DNA of 63,789 bases, filler included, from Chiloscyllium plagiosum (lineage: Eukaryota): the NCBI RefSeq assembly GCF_004010195.1. It is 4 parts of one record of this genome, joined end to end, with 100 filler letters (N's around TTAATTAATTAA, not from the genome) between each part and the next. Parts side by side here need not be neighbours in the genome. Positions count along the whole stretch, not along the records: positions 26,287 to 41,415 come from NC_057712.1; positions 41,516 to 61,549 come from NC_057712.1; 2 more parts are not named here. One strand, 5' to 3'. Within the stretch, counting starts at the first letter, position 1, and each line of letters starts with the position of its first letter. This document shows, in pieces, positions 35,798 to 48,465 of this stretch. A model generated the notes under the pieces. The model was not told the origin of the DNA. It saw only the letters and a program-made list of their open reading frames with translations, and made no database searches. A program made the position numbers and the translations under genes.

Positions 35798-36323
35798 CTG
35801 CAAGGATTCCATTCCTGGGGCCCTCTGTGAGTGATGAAACTCACGAGTATGGAGCTCATTTAAAGAGAGGTTAAAAATTGCAGATATGGCATTTTTTTGC
35901 CCTTGGGTACTGATTTTTGTTGTTACTTATATTTGTGGCCTTAATAGGTGAATTCACAATTGCTATCGATATTGAGGATTTACTGTACGTGGTGAGCGAT
36001 ATGGATGGGAGACTTTTCTTTGACTGGGAATAACTTGTTACGGTGGCTTCCTGGCAGAATTCTACTTCCCATTCTCAGATGAAAACTTTGTTTGTGTAAC
36101 GTACATTTATGTGAAGGTGACATATCACAGAACTCCTTATCCTGGCATGAAAATAACTGCCTTGACAGGCCTCCCTTCTACACTATGTGGAGATACGACA
36201 TGAGGCTTCATTGTGATGGATGTGAGGGCTCAGGTGTTACTTCAATAAAATTAAGTTAACTTTTTGACATTTCCCAAAAAGGATCTGACTTGTGCTCAGA
36301 AGAAATGGGTGGTCATCAAATCC

Positions 36324-36866
36324 TAATAGGAGCAAATTACTGCAGATGCTGGAATCTATATTGAGAACAACAAATGCTGGATATCACAACGGGTTAGAGA
36401 GCTTCAATGGAGAGAGAGCGAGCTAACGTTTTGAGTCTCGATGACTCTTCATCAAAGCTGAAGTGAAGTGTGGAGGAGGCCAAAGTTAAAAAGCACACAA
36501 CACCAGGTTATAGTCCAACCGGTTTATTTGGAAGCACTAGCTTTCAAACCATTGTATCTTTATCAGGTAGTTATGGGTTGGCAACATATATGCTATAGTT
36601 GGGAGTCGGGAAGGGGGGTGGGGGGGTTGAGGGCTGTGGGCTATAGGGTGCTGGTGGAGAAAAGATGTTGCTTGTTCAGACTAAGTGATCAGAACATGAG
36701 AATGTTGGAGCAATGGTGTGTCTAACTACCAGACTTGAAAGAGGAGTCCTCTCTCCCCTTCCCCATCCAAGCAGGTCTGTCTTCTCTTTCAAGTCTGAAC
36801 GTTAGCTTGCTCTCTCTCCATGGATGCTGTCTGATCCACTGTGAGCTCCAGCATTTGTTGTTGTCA
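36324..36866. mobile_element. Penelope-like fold-back element with a second Penelope family nested at ~36483-36570
   Basis: Inverted arms caacaaatgctgg...gagagagcgagctaacgtt and aacgttagcttgctctctctc...ccagcatttgttg; TSD gg(t/c)catcaaatcc (36311-36323, 36867-36879). Confidence 0.7.
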
Positions 36867-37070
36867 GGCCATCAAATCCATTCAATGTCACAGTTCTCCA
36901 CCTTATGTCATGGCCTATTTTAATGTGCAACTGGAATCCTATGCAGCATCTCACCATTATAGACTCATACACCCTTCTAGGATGTAACTAACGCCATTTT
37001 CTCCCAATCACAGCTCTTCATATCCTTTCTAATGGAGGGCAGTGAATTTCTCTGTCTTCGCTGGCCTCAG

Positions 37071-37256
37071 GAGTAAGTGAGGACTGCAGATACTGGTGAT
37101 CAGAGACAAGAGTGGCGTGCTGGAAAAGCATCCGAAGAGCAGGAGAATCGATGTTTTGGGCAAGAGCCCTTCATCAACTCATTCCTGATGAAGGGCTCTT
37201 GCCTGAAACGTCGATTCTCCCACTTCTCGGATGCTGCCTGACCTGCTGTGCTTTCC
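37071..37256. mobile_element. Penelope-like inverted terminal fragment with hammerhead core
   Basis: cctgatgaagggctcttgcctgaaacgtc preceded by its inverted copy. Confidence 0.8.
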
Positions 37257-37350
37257 TTTACTGACCTCACCCTAGGGCAGAGCATTAAAGACTGCAATGA
37301 CATTGATTTGTTCGCACCCTATCAATAGCATGCAGAATTTGTCAACAGAT

Positions 37351-37648
37351 CCATAGAATCCCTACAGTGTGGAAGCAGGCCATTTGGAACATCAAGTCCA
37401 CACTGCACCTCCGAAGAACATCCTGCCCAGTCCCTGTAACCCCACATTTTACCACAGCCAGCCCACCAATCCTGCATATCCCGGGACATTACAGGCTTTT
37501 TGGCATTAAACCTGCACGTCTTTGGATTATGGGAAGCATCCAGAGGGAAACCACACAGACACCGGGAGAATGTACAAACTGCAGAGACATTTGCCCGAGG
37601 CTGCAATCGAAGCCAGATCCCTGGCGCTTTGAGGCAGCAGTGCTAACC
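37351..37648 (-). mobile_element. HE1-type (V-SINE) SINE
   Basis: V-domain tctgcagtttgtacattctcccggtgtctgtgtgg and CR1-derived tail cacactgtagggattctatg on the minus strand. Confidence 0.85.
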
Positions 37649-38139
37649 TCCACGAAAACCATGATCGAATAGACCATGGGCCTTCTGGTCTTATCCCTTC
37701 CAGATATAAGGGACCTTTTATAAGAGAGAGGCCACAACCTCTGGGAAGACAGCGTGCATCAGTCTGGGTGAAAGCTCATTATAATTCCAAAGCTAACATT
37801 TTACAATGAATTGAAATCATTGAAACTTACATTTACAATATTTATGTGTTTCAAAAAACACTATATATTGGTCTAAAGGTTTTTCTCATTGAGAGAATGA
37901 TGTTTCTTAATTTGCACGTCAACAGTGGGGTTTCACGGAACAATCCTTCAAACATGACTGATATATCTTCATGTCATCAGAGTATAAATGATATTGATTA
38001 AGAGAAGTACCACTACCTGCATCAAATCAAAATAGCCGTTGTGGCATTTTTAAGAGCTGCAAAAGCTGTCACTCAAAGCTTGCAGAAAACACTAAAGTAA
38101 TTACTGTAATCAGAAAATGCTGAGACTCAGAGCATCTAT

Positions 38140-38300
38140 AGAAAACAAGAAGGAACACTTACTTGTATATTTAGCACTTTTCAGGACTATCTATGCCTCA
38201 AATGCTTCACAGTCAAAAGAGTTTTGTTTTAAAGTGCTTTCACTGTTTTAATGTAGAAAGCAGAGCAATTGATACGTACACAAGATCCAATAAACAGCAA
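38140..38300 (-). mobile_element. Deu-SINE 3' fragment
   Basis: Reverse of the ttgctgttt...ttctacattaaaacagtga...tgctaaatatacaagt tail. Confidence 0.55.
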
Positions 38301-38530
38301 CGTCTATCTCTCAACCAACATCATACAAACATTAGGCAGGACCCCAGGGCCTGAGAATTTGCTCCCATTAGGGAACACAGGATTATGAAGAACCTTGGCT
38401 TCTGAACCTGATTTGGGAGAAGGTGCTCCAGACAGTCAGATTTTAATTTTGTTTAGCAGGCCCTCCTCTCCCAGAGTTCAGAGTAAAGAGCAGCAGCTTT
38501 AGAAATAAGCTGTGGGAAAGGAAAGCATTT

Positions 38531-38864
38531 CATATCGTAGAATCTCTACAGTGTGGAAACAGACCATTTGACCCAACAAGTCCACACCGACCCTCCAAAT
38601 AGTAACCCATCCAGACCCTTTCCTGTACTCTACATTTACCCCTGACTAATGGACCCAACCCATACATCCCTCAACACTACGGACAATTGAGCATGGTCAA
38701 TTCATCTAACCTGCATAACTTTGCACTGTGAGAAGAAACTGGAGCAAACCCATGCAGGCACAGGGAGAATGTGCAAACTCCACACAGACAGTCACCCGAG
38801 GCTGGAATTGAACCCGGATCCATGGCGCTGTGTGGCAGCAGTGAGCTGAGCCACCATGCCTCCC
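38531..38864 (-). mobile_element. HE1-type (V-SINE) SINE, near full length
   Basis: tRNA head ggcatggtggctcag (A box)...gggttcaattcc (B box), V-domain ctgtgtggagtttgcacattctccc, CR1-like tail. Confidence 0.92.
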
Positions 38865-40999
38865 CCAACGAGAATTGTATTTGTGCTCCAGGACTTTGTC
38901 CCAACTTCAAAACAAGTAACAAAACAATGAATAAACACAAAAGTTGTTTGGGATTCCCAGCATCTTTGGGTGTTTTTAAAAAAATTTTGTTCAGTGAACA
39001 AAGCAATAAAGCAGCCCTGCAACTATTATCTTTCAAACCCCATTATGTGACCATGCATTTCATATGCTCTAACCAAACCATTCCATGCCATGCCACCCCA
39101 TTACTCCTTGTGCTTTTCATACCAATCTCTGCCCATCCAGCCAGTCTCATGGCCCTTTTTAGCTGCTGTATTTGGAACTCATGGTTCAGAATTTCAAAGA
39201 AGAGTCATTAGATTCAAGAAGTTAACTTGCTTTCTCTCTCTACAGATGCTGCAAGATATGCTGAGTTTCTCCAGAAACTTCTGCATTTATTTTATTTCGG
39301 GTTTACGGCACAATGATATTTTGCTTATAGTTAAGTAAAATGTGATACAGCTATCAGCTAAAAATGCAAATACAAAGATTAAAAGGCATTGGAAATGATT
39401 GAGCAAGGTCCAACTCTGTTCTCATGTTCCTTGATGTGCTTGAAGATTTCTCATTCCAGGACAAAGGGGCTGAAAAGACATGATGCCAGAATCCAGCAGC
39501 TATGATGGCTACTGTAACTGAACAGCTGGATGCTTCTCATGCAGATCGACTGAGAAGGAATGATTCGAGAGAGGAGCAAACACTTTATATCTTTCATTTT
39601 GCTTTGCTTGTCCACTTCTAGTTCCACTGTTGGCAAAATGCCCAGCGGAAGCATCACATGGGGGAGCTGATCCATGATTGTTCTTGTCCTCCTGTCAGCC
39701 AACCTTTCCTGAAGGTTGGTGAAATTCATCCTATGGAATTTAAAACAAATGAAGTGGTCACTTGGCCCAAACTAGTTTCCTGTCCCAATCTATCAAACGT
39801 CATCAGCATCTCATTCTTCTGTTTCCTCCTTATCTAGCCTCCGTTAAATGCATCTGTGCTAATCACCTCAACTAGCCCCTGTGGAAGTTTGTTCCTACAC
39901 TAATTCTTCTCTGGTTAAAGAAGCTTCTGAAATCCTTATTGAATTTATTTGTGAGTTTCTTACTATTATGATCCTTAACTCTGGGCAACCCATAAGTAGA
40001 CATGTAGAATATGTAAAGCCAGAGCAGTCAGCTCAATTTCCAGCAACTTATACATTGCTTCTCTCATTCTCCTTTCATAACCAGAATTGCTAACCTATTT
40101 AGCTGAATCCAATAGTGGTACAAAACCAATATATACTTTCGCTCTGATGTGTATGACTGTCTCAATTAGAGTGCACAAACCATTTTGCTTACTGCTTTTA
40201 AAAGAAAACAATTATCTCAGATCTTCAGGAAACTTAAAAGGAATTTGATGGATCTGCAGCAGTTAAGAAAATCCTGACTCAGTTGTCAATGACTAATCAG
40301 TGACATTGAAGATAAATTCAACCTGACAATGCACGCTACTCAAAACTCCCAGAGGAAGCTCCAATCCTTCCCATCAAATATGATGACTTGGAAAATCAGT
40401 CTGAAACAAAATATTCCCATCAGCACAACCTCAGAGGAATTTGTTCAGACAATGTTCGAAATGTATTAGAAGCTTAACATTTCAATCCTCATATTAAAGT
40501 TCTGGTCTGAACCTAAATCTGTTCTAGTTGTTTCTCAATCTCACAGGCAGTGTTGACCAATGACAATTTGGTTGAACATTTGCAATGTGACTTTCATTAT
40601 CCTCTAAAATTAAAGTTCTAAACTAAATTTATAAACTTTCAACCAATAAGTGTGCTTGAACTGAAAGCAGATTCTAAGATTAAATTCTGCCTCAAACAGG
40701 TAATGCTGATGTGATGAAGGCTCATAATATATTTTTATTTAGACGCGTCCATTCTAAGGTCATGTAAAAATAGATTTTAGTGTTCAGTTCTGGAAAGGTG
40801 ACATTTTTAAAGGACATTTCTAAGAAACCATATGATTTTAGGTAAATAACTAGCAAGCACGCCCAATTCCCATGCAAGTAATTGTTTGCAGTTTGTGAAG
40901 TTGTTTGCTGACTTGAGGTTCACTCAGACAGAAAAGGTTTATAACAGCAGAAGTGTTGTTATTTCTGCGGTCTTCAAAACCGTCGTGACAGAAGAGGAG

Positions 41000-41260
41000 A
41001 TAGAATCATAGAATCTCTGCCATGTGTAAACAGGCCATTTGGCCCATTTAGTCCATATTGACCTTCCAAAGTGAATCCCAGCCAGATCCACAACCCTACT
41101 CTATAACCCTGCATTTCCTCAGGCTAACCTATCTTGCCTGCGCATCCCCAGACACTATGAGGCAAGTTAGCATGGCCAATCCATCTAACTGCGCATCTTT
41201 GGACTGGGAGAGGAAACTGGACCACACAAAGGACATCTACACAGACATGAGGTGAATGTG
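41000..41260 (-). mobile_element. HE1-type SINE, head lost to a Penelope insertion or gap
   Basis: (atagaatc)n tail and V-domain homology to 38531-38864. Confidence 0.8.
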
Positions 41261-41262
41261 TT

Positions 41263-41415
41263 CTGAAAATGTGTTGCTGGAAAAGCGCAGCAGGTCAGGC
41301 AGCATCCAAGGAACAGGAGAATCGACGTTTCGGGCATAAGCCCTTCTTCAGGAATGAGGAAAGTGTGCCCAGCAGGCTAAGATAAAAGGTAGGGAGGAGG
41401 CACTTGGGGGAGGGG
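41263..41415 (-). mobile_element. Penelope-like pLTR with hammerhead core, runs into gap
   Basis: Reverse complement cctgaagaagggcttatgcccgaaacgtcgattctcctg. Confidence 0.9.
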
Positions 41416-41646
41416 NNNNNNNNNNNNNNNNNNNNNNNNNNNNNNNNNNNNNNNNNNNNTTAATTAATTAANNNNNNNNNNNNNNNNNNNNNNNNNNNNN
41501 NNNNNNNNNNNNNNNCCATGGCATCCCTCACCTCAAACATGTTGCAAGAGGAACATTGCACTGCCTTCACTGCCATCCCTCTAAAAGTAACCTTTTAAAA
41601 AAAAAACTAGGTCTAAAGAATAGAACAAGCAAAATGCAGCACTTAC

Positions 41647-41716
41647 CTACTTACCACAATGGGTCTTATTATTAGGTTAGAGGAGGAGGGAGGGTGGGAG
41701 ATACTACCTCTGTAGT
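41647..41716 (-). other. Candidate non-coding first exon with tandem splice donors
   Basis: Minus strand ...attgtg|GTAAGTag|GTAAGTgc (donor boundaries at 41655 and 41647); no ATG in the exon. Confidence 0.5.
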
Positions 41717-41931
41717 GCCTCAGGTTCCTCTCCTGCGCGCTTTTATAAAAAAAACCTATCCAGGTAAGCTTAAATACTTCCCTTAATCTCTGGGGATTCC
41801 CTGAGAAAGGAATAAATACGTATTGTTCGTCATTCAGGCTGGGCGAGGTTACAAGAAAACTCCTATCCTTGGTAATCAGCATCACTATTCACGGCCATAC
41901 ATGGTCTGTACTGCCTATTTAGGAAAGTCCT
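41716..41931 (-). promoter_or_regulatory. Candidate Pol II promoter: TATA box plus NF-kB sites
   Basis: Minus-strand TATAAAAG at 41747-41740; initiator-like GCACT with A 31 nt from the first T of the TATA box (41716); perfect kB decamer GGGGATTCCC at 41792-41801; near-consensus GGAAAGTCCT at 41922-41931; non-repetitive context. Confidence 0.6.
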
Positions 41932-42407
41932 AAAAATCCAAGGAAAATAAAGAGAGGCTTTCAGCATTATGAGCCTCCCTGAAAATCCTGAGAGATAATT
42001 GTTTTTCATGTACTGCAGGGGGAATTAATAAACTCCAAAAATGTATTAGTTCCCACCATCAGAGCAGGTAAAATTCCACACCTGAGTAAGTGCTCACTTA
42101 AGTGTTGAGCAGAATAAAATCCCAAACTAATTTATAAATGTGTTTTTGTTCCTTCATTTCACACACAGCCAGTGTAAAATCCATCCTAATCCCTCAGGTT
42201 GACATCTCTTTTTATTAGCAGTTTTAAGGTCTCGACTGCCATTTCAGACTGCCTGAAAGCTGATACTAGCATTGTTATTGCAGTGATTTGTACAGTTGGC
42301 AGAAACTGCTTTGGTGAGAAATGTTTGCTATCTATACCATTGCTGGATATATGTAAAATGCCTGATAAATGACTGCAAACACTTTGATTGCCAATACACA
42401 CAAATCG

Positions 42408-42433
42408 ACACACACACGCACACACACACACAC
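42408..42433. repeat. (CA)n microsatellite
   Basis: acacacacacgcacacacacacacac. Confidence 0.9.
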
Positions 42434-43114
42434 CCATGACTATGGGAAACACAATATCTGTCTAGTTTGCAGCATCCAGACACAGGGTTAGGTACTCCGA
42501 CATAAAGCAGCTTTACAACACCGGAGCTCTGGGAAATACCAGCTTTTATCAGTTCCTGTGCTGAATCTTAATGACAAGAGAATGTAAGTGTTTGATATAT
42601 TGGAAACAAACCACAGCATATTATGTACGGTGCAGTGCTTTACAGGCAGCTGATGTTGACAGCTGTAAGGGAGTGATTGACAGATTAGCACATTCTGAAA
42701 GCATGTTGGACAATTACTCTTTATATTGGTTATGTCTAATCTGCCTGACTTCTGTTGTTGGTCAAAATTCGGTTTGCAGATGTATTCAATGCTGGAAATG
42801 CAAAAATAACAACAGAAAATGCTGTAAATACTTAAGATGTCAGGCAGCCTCAGCAGTGAGAACAACAGTTCGACTGAATGGTCATTGAAGCAAGAAGCTG
42901 GCTAGAATCTCAGTCTTTTTGTGGGGTGAATGTTGGTCCCGAGCCAGTGGTCTGCAAGGCCTGCTTACGCAGCACGACCTTCCTCGAAACTGATCATTAG
43001 GAGGCTGTCGCCAGGAACCCTGTCCAATTCAGTCTATCTTGTGGGTTCCTGAGGCTGACAGGCTGTTCAGAGTACCTACAGCTTTGGTAGGGCACTGTCA
43101 CATTGGAAGCGGGT

Positions 43115-43453
43115 TTTTTGTAACTCATCCATGGGATATGGGCATCAACAGCAAGGTCAATATTTATTGCTCAGAGGACAATTCAGAGTCAACCCCATTG
43201 CTATGAGGTTGGAGTCACATGTAAGCCAATCCAGGTAAGGATGGCAGATTCCTTCCCTAAAGGATATCAGTGAATCAGATGTTTCCTTTTCCAGACAATG
43301 GTTTCATGGTCTTTATTAAACCCTTAATTCCAGTTTCTTTATTGAATTCATTTCCAATATCTACCATGGCAGGATTTGAAACCAAGGTCCCAGAACATTA
43401 GCTGAGTGTCAGGATTAATAGTCCCGTGATACTATCACTAAGCCATTGCCTCC
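43115..43453 (-). mobile_element. tRNA-headed SINE, near full length
   Basis: Minus strand ggaggcaatggcttagtgatagt...ggtttcaaatcctgccatgg...tagggaaggaatctgccatccttacctgg...gcaataaatattg...gatgcccatatcccatgg. Confidence 0.8.
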
Positions 43454-44159
43454 GTATTAGATAGGTGCCGCTTAGATGACAAGGAGATCATGAGGCACCT
43501 CAAAACGAAAAATGACGGGGGCTAAATCTGCTGGGCCCCTGACATGTAGGGGATATTCTCCAGTGCAATTCCCTCCGCTCATGGGTCTGGCCTTACTGCC
43601 TGTGACTGCACTGTTGGGTCATGGATCCTTTCATTTCAAAGGCCACCCAGGAGGTCATTTTCTCCCAACTATCAGGAAGATTCTGTTGGAGTTCTCCCAG
43701 TTAGCACCTAATAAACATATTGGTACCTGGTCCTGCTAAGAAACATAGCCACTTCTGAGATTAATCCAACTCAGGTATGTTCAGCCAGAGGGAGGGAATG
43801 GATTGGGACTCTGACCTTACATGGACTTTCCCCTCATCTCCCTCCTCATGCAAATCAACCTGCAGCAGTCTGTTAGGACTCTGTCCCTGAACTCAATTAC
43901 TTTGCTCTCAGATGCTGCCAGATTTGCTGAGCATTTCCAATATTTTCTAAATCTATTTTGGATGTATTCACTGCTTGACATTTTGGGGAGCTATCCATCT
44001 GCAATCTCCATTTGGTGTAGACACAGAATTTAGGACAGTACAGGGACAGGCCCTTTGGCAACCATGTCTGTGTAAACCATGATGCCAGTTTGAACTTATC
44101 CCATTTGCCTGCATATGGTCCATATCTCTCTAAGACCTGCCCATTCATGCCACTTCAGC

Positions 44160-44490
44160 GCAGTTCTGGAGGTGCACTGCTTTGCTGAATGAGATATCAA
44201 ACGTTGAGGGTTTACCTGCTACTCAATTGAGGCAGATGCTTAAAGTTAGGCAGATCAGTTATATCCAGTGTGGAGGGCAATATTTAATCTCTCAATCAGC
44301 ATACACAAGAATATAGCGCCTACTCATTATCACATTTCTGTTTCTGTAGGAGTTTACTGAGTATATGTTGGCTGCTACATTTCCGACATTACAGCTGTCA
44401 CTACACCTCAAATAACTTCATTTATTGTCTAGCACATTGAGACAGCTGATGATCATGAAAAATGCTCTGCTTGTGCAAGTCTTTATTTAT
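44160..44490 (+). mobile_element. Deu-domain SINE (SacSINE1/AmnSINE-related)
   Basis: gagatatcaaac...gcaatatttaatctctcaatcagcat...cattatcacatttctgttt...ttggctgctacatttccgacattacag...tgcaagtcttt follows the Deu-SINE layout. Confidence 0.7.
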
Positions 44491-44721
44491 TTATATTTGT
44501 TAGATGCTCTGGAAAACAGACAGAGTTACACAGTTGTCTCAATATGCACTATTTTTTCTGAGACAGTGCTCAGGGTGGGTATGAGACAGGGGAATATTCT
44601 TCACAGCTTCAAGTCGACTTCTGAAAATGCCTCCTTAGATTATATCTTAATAATTCCATCAACATCCCAGAAGTTACCATTCACTAGACACTGAACCGTA
44701 CAGCCATGTAAATGCTGTAGC

Positions 44722-45465
44722 TAGAGTGATAGAGGCATACAGCATGGAAACTGGCCCATTGGTCCAACTCATCCAGGTCAGTCAGGCTTCTTAAGCCAAA
44801 CTACTCTCATTTGCATGCATTTGGCCCATACCCATCTAAATGTTTCCAACCTACATACCTGCCCAATGTATTTTAATGTTGTAATTATACCTGCTCCTAC
44901 CACTTCCTCTGGCAGCTTGATCCATATACCCACCACCCCATGTATAAAAAAGTTGCCCCACTGGTCCCTTTTTAAACTTGCCCCTCTCATTTAAACCTAT
45001 GGCCTCCAGTTTTGGACTCTGGGGAAAAGACTTTGGCTATTCACTTTATCCATGTACCCATGCTTTTCTCGACCTCAATTTCCTATGCTGTAGTGAAAGA
45101 AGTCCCAGCCTCTGCTTATAACACAAATCTTCCTGTCTTGGCAACATCTTTGTAAATCTTTTTGGCATCCTGACAACTTAATAACATCCTTCATCACAGC
45201 AGGACAACCAGAATTGAACACAGAACTCCAAAAGTAACCTCACCAATGTCTTGTACAGCTGTAACATGATATCCCAATTCCTATACTCAGTGCTGTGACT
45301 GATTGAAGAAAATGTGCCAAATGCTTTCTTCACCATGCTGTCTGCTTGTGATACCACTTTCACAAACTATCTACTTACACCCCTAAGGTGTTCAATTATG
45401 CTTTCCAGGGAACTCCCATTAACTGTGTAAGTCCTGCCCTAGTTTATCTTAATAAAATGCAACAA
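44722..45465 (-). mobile_element. CR1 3' fragment
   Basis: ORFs 45178-45363(-) LQLYKTLVRLLLEFCVQFW and 44778-44990(-) GNFFIHGVVGIWIKLPEEVV. Confidence 0.9.
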
Positions 45466-45499
45466 GGACAGATCAGTGGCCAGGAATCCTGCAACATGT

Positions 45500-45970
45500 T
45501 CTCAAAGAGTCCACCATTAACACAGGATAAGGCTGGAGTGCGATGGAACACTCACCACTTGTTTGGATGAGTGCAACTTCAACAAAACTCAAGGAGCTTG
45601 AAATCATCCACGGCAAAACAGCCCACTTGATTGGCACCTCATCCACAACTTACGCACAGTGACAGCAGTGTGCACTACATAAAAGATATAAATCATCTAA
45701 GGGTCTTCCATCTTCCACCCCTAGAAAGATGAAGGCAGCAGATGGAGCACCACCACCTTCAAATTTGCCTCCAAGCCACTCACCATCTTGACATGGAAAT
45801 ATGTCTCTATTCCTTCTCCTGCCCAAACCCTGGGAAATCCTGTCACAACAGCACCATAGTTATTCCTACACCGCAAGGACCGCATCATTTTGAGAACACA
45901 ACTCACACACCGTCTCCAGGGCAACTAGGGATCGTCAATAAATACTGTCAGCATACCACAAACAAATAAA
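45500..45970 (+). mobile_element. 3' part of the second CR1-group LINE family (SINE partner)
   Basis: ggagcaccaccaccttcaaatttgcctccaagccactcaccatcttgacatggaaatat...gggcaactagggatcgtcaataaatactg tail. Confidence 0.75.
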
Positions 45971-47393
45971 ACCAAATCCAGAATTTCAGCAAGTTACATT
46001 GATGTTCTCCAATACAGCTCACTCATTCAGTCCCATAGAATCATTCCTGGCAGACCTTAGTTGTTACATTCACTCTCTCTTCAGGGCCAATCACTTTTGG
46101 AACTCTGAAAATATTTCCTCACAATGGAAACCTTTTCAAAGCACAGTTATTTTATTTAGGAAAGCACTTGGAAAAAAATATTTTGCTGATAAGTACAACA
46201 TCTCAGGTTAACTAGATTTTACAGTAAAGTGAAACAGTAATTCTGGAAAGATGACATCTTAAGTGATATTGCATCGAGACAGCTGCTTTCATATCTTTAT
46301 CACATCTCCTTTAAACCTAAGGAAATATCCATAAGGGATGTGAGCTTATAGGAAAATAAAAAGGGAGACAGGCACATCTAAATACACTCAGATTGAATTG
46401 TCTGTGTGATAGAATTGTATTAAATCTCCAGAGGAATGTATCAGATCAGGTCAAGAAAGCAATATCAGATAATTTAATGTGACAACTTCCACAGTTTATT
46501 GGATTTGAGCGTTGCAAACTGCAGCAGTCTGGGATCTGTCAATTTGTTTTATTCTTTACAGTACTTCCCTTTCTCCCACAACAACCCTTCAGGCTGAAAC
46601 GGTTTTAAAAGCCTTTTAATTATGTTTGATCATCTATCTTCACCATTGTAGATAAGACAATTAAAGTTGGGGTTTATACAATTCTGCTGGAGCATCCATC
46701 AGTAATTCATTCCAGATGAGGGGACGAAGCACAACAACAAAAAAAATAGTCTCAAGGCATATGTCATAAAGAAGGTCTTCTGTGTTTCATCGCGATTGCT
46801 TTTCCGACTGCCTTTCTGCACATTACCACTTTACAGTTTACATTTAAGTTGACATACTCAGTAATTAATGAGGTAAAATTCCTGTAATTTTTGAGATTCT
46901 CCACACCTTTTTAGCACAACATTTGGGCACCAGGCAAAGTGAGCTCTGGGACTCGTCTAGTTATTTCAAATCGAAAGGGTGGATTACTGCTGCTGGTGCA
47001 ATCGAATTCCCTGATCCATCATGGCAGCCATCAAGGCTCAGGTGAAAGTAAGGCTCCAGAACCCAGCATTGTCAAGTTACTCTCTCAGTTAACCATTCAG
47101 ACACTATACTGAAACTATAGACAGTCTTAGGGGCATTCATTATCTCACTGTATAGCTTTAGTATAGCTTTAGCTTTAGTATAGCTTTCAGCTTTCACACT
47201 GAGTAAATGGTTTAGGCCCTTAGGGCCTAGGCCCTGTTTAAGAGATTGCCAATGAGGTCAATGTTATGAAGCGTGGAACTGTGGTGTTATTGGGTCCCCG
47301 ATTCAATCATTATTCACTGTCCATCATGTATACTCAGGGATGAGCTGAAGGCTGCCACTTTTGAATCTGAAAATTTCCCTGTCTACCTCAAAT

Positions 47394-48465
47394 TAGAGTC
47401 ATAGAGTCATAGAGATGTACAGCATGGAAACAGACCCTTCGGCCTAACCCGTCCTTACCAACAGATATCCCAACCCAATCTAGTCCACCTGCCAGCACCC
47501 GGCCCATATCCCTCCAAACTCTTCCTATTCATATACCTATCCAAGTGCCTCTTAAATGTTGCAATTGTACCAGCCTCCTCCACTTCCTCTGGCAGCTCAT
47601 TCCATACCCGTACCACCCTCTGTGTGAAAAAGTTGCCCCTTAGGTCTCTTTTATGTCTTTCCCCTCTCACCCTAAACCTATGCCCTCTAGTTCTGGACTG
47701 CCTGACCCCAAGGAAAAGACTTGGCCTAATTACCCTATCCATGCCCCTCATAATTTGTAAACCCCTATAAGGTCACCCCTCAGCCTCCAATGCTCCAGGG
47801 AAAGCAGCCCCAGCCTGTTAAACATCTCCCTATACCTCACATCCTCCAATCCTGGCAACATCCTTGTAAATCTTTTCTGAACCCTTTCAAGTTTCACAAC
47901 ATCTTTCCAATAGGAAGGAGACCAGAATTGCACACAATATTCCAACAGTGGCCTAACCAATATCCTGTACAGCCGCAACATGACCTCCCAACTCCTGTAC
48001 TCAATACTCTGACCAATAAAAGAAAGCATACCAAATGCCTTCTCCACTATCCTATCTACTTGCGACTCCATTTTCAAGAAGCTATGAACCTGCACTCCAA
48101 GGTCTCTTTGTTCAGCAACACTCCCTAGGACCTTACCATTAAGTGTATAAGTCCTGCAAAGATTTGCTTTCCCAAAATGCAGCACCTCTCATTTATCTGA
48201 ATTAAACTCCAGCTTCCACTTCTCAGCCCATTGGCCCATCTGGTCAGGATCCTGTTGTAATCTGAGGTAACCCTCTTTGCTGTCCATTACACCTCCAATT
48301 TTGCTGTCATCTGAAAACTTACCAATTGTACCTCGTATCCAAATCATTTATGGAAATGACAAAAAGTAGTGGACCCAGCACCGATCCTTGTGGCACTCCA
48401 CTGGTCACAGGCCTCCAGTCTGAAAAACAACCCTCCACCGCCACCCTCTGTTTTCTACCTTTGAG
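47394..48465 (-). mobile_element. Young CR1 (HER1-like) ORF2 3' kilobase
   Basis: VPQGSVLGP; ORFs 47748-48185 and 47455-47751; (atagagtc)n tail. Confidence 0.95.

Noticed and set aside
37315..37332. accctatcaatagcat, loosely like the reverse complement of miR-155
   Set aside because: It needs gaps, lacks the full seed, and has no precursor hairpin.
41701..41710. GAGGTAGTA on the minus strand resembling let-7
   Set aside because: Only 9 nt match; the rest of the mature sequence and a hairpin arm are absent.
47150..47236. tatagctttag micro-repeats and the short palindrome taggcccttagggccta
   Set aside because: Short low-complexity features with no supporting context.
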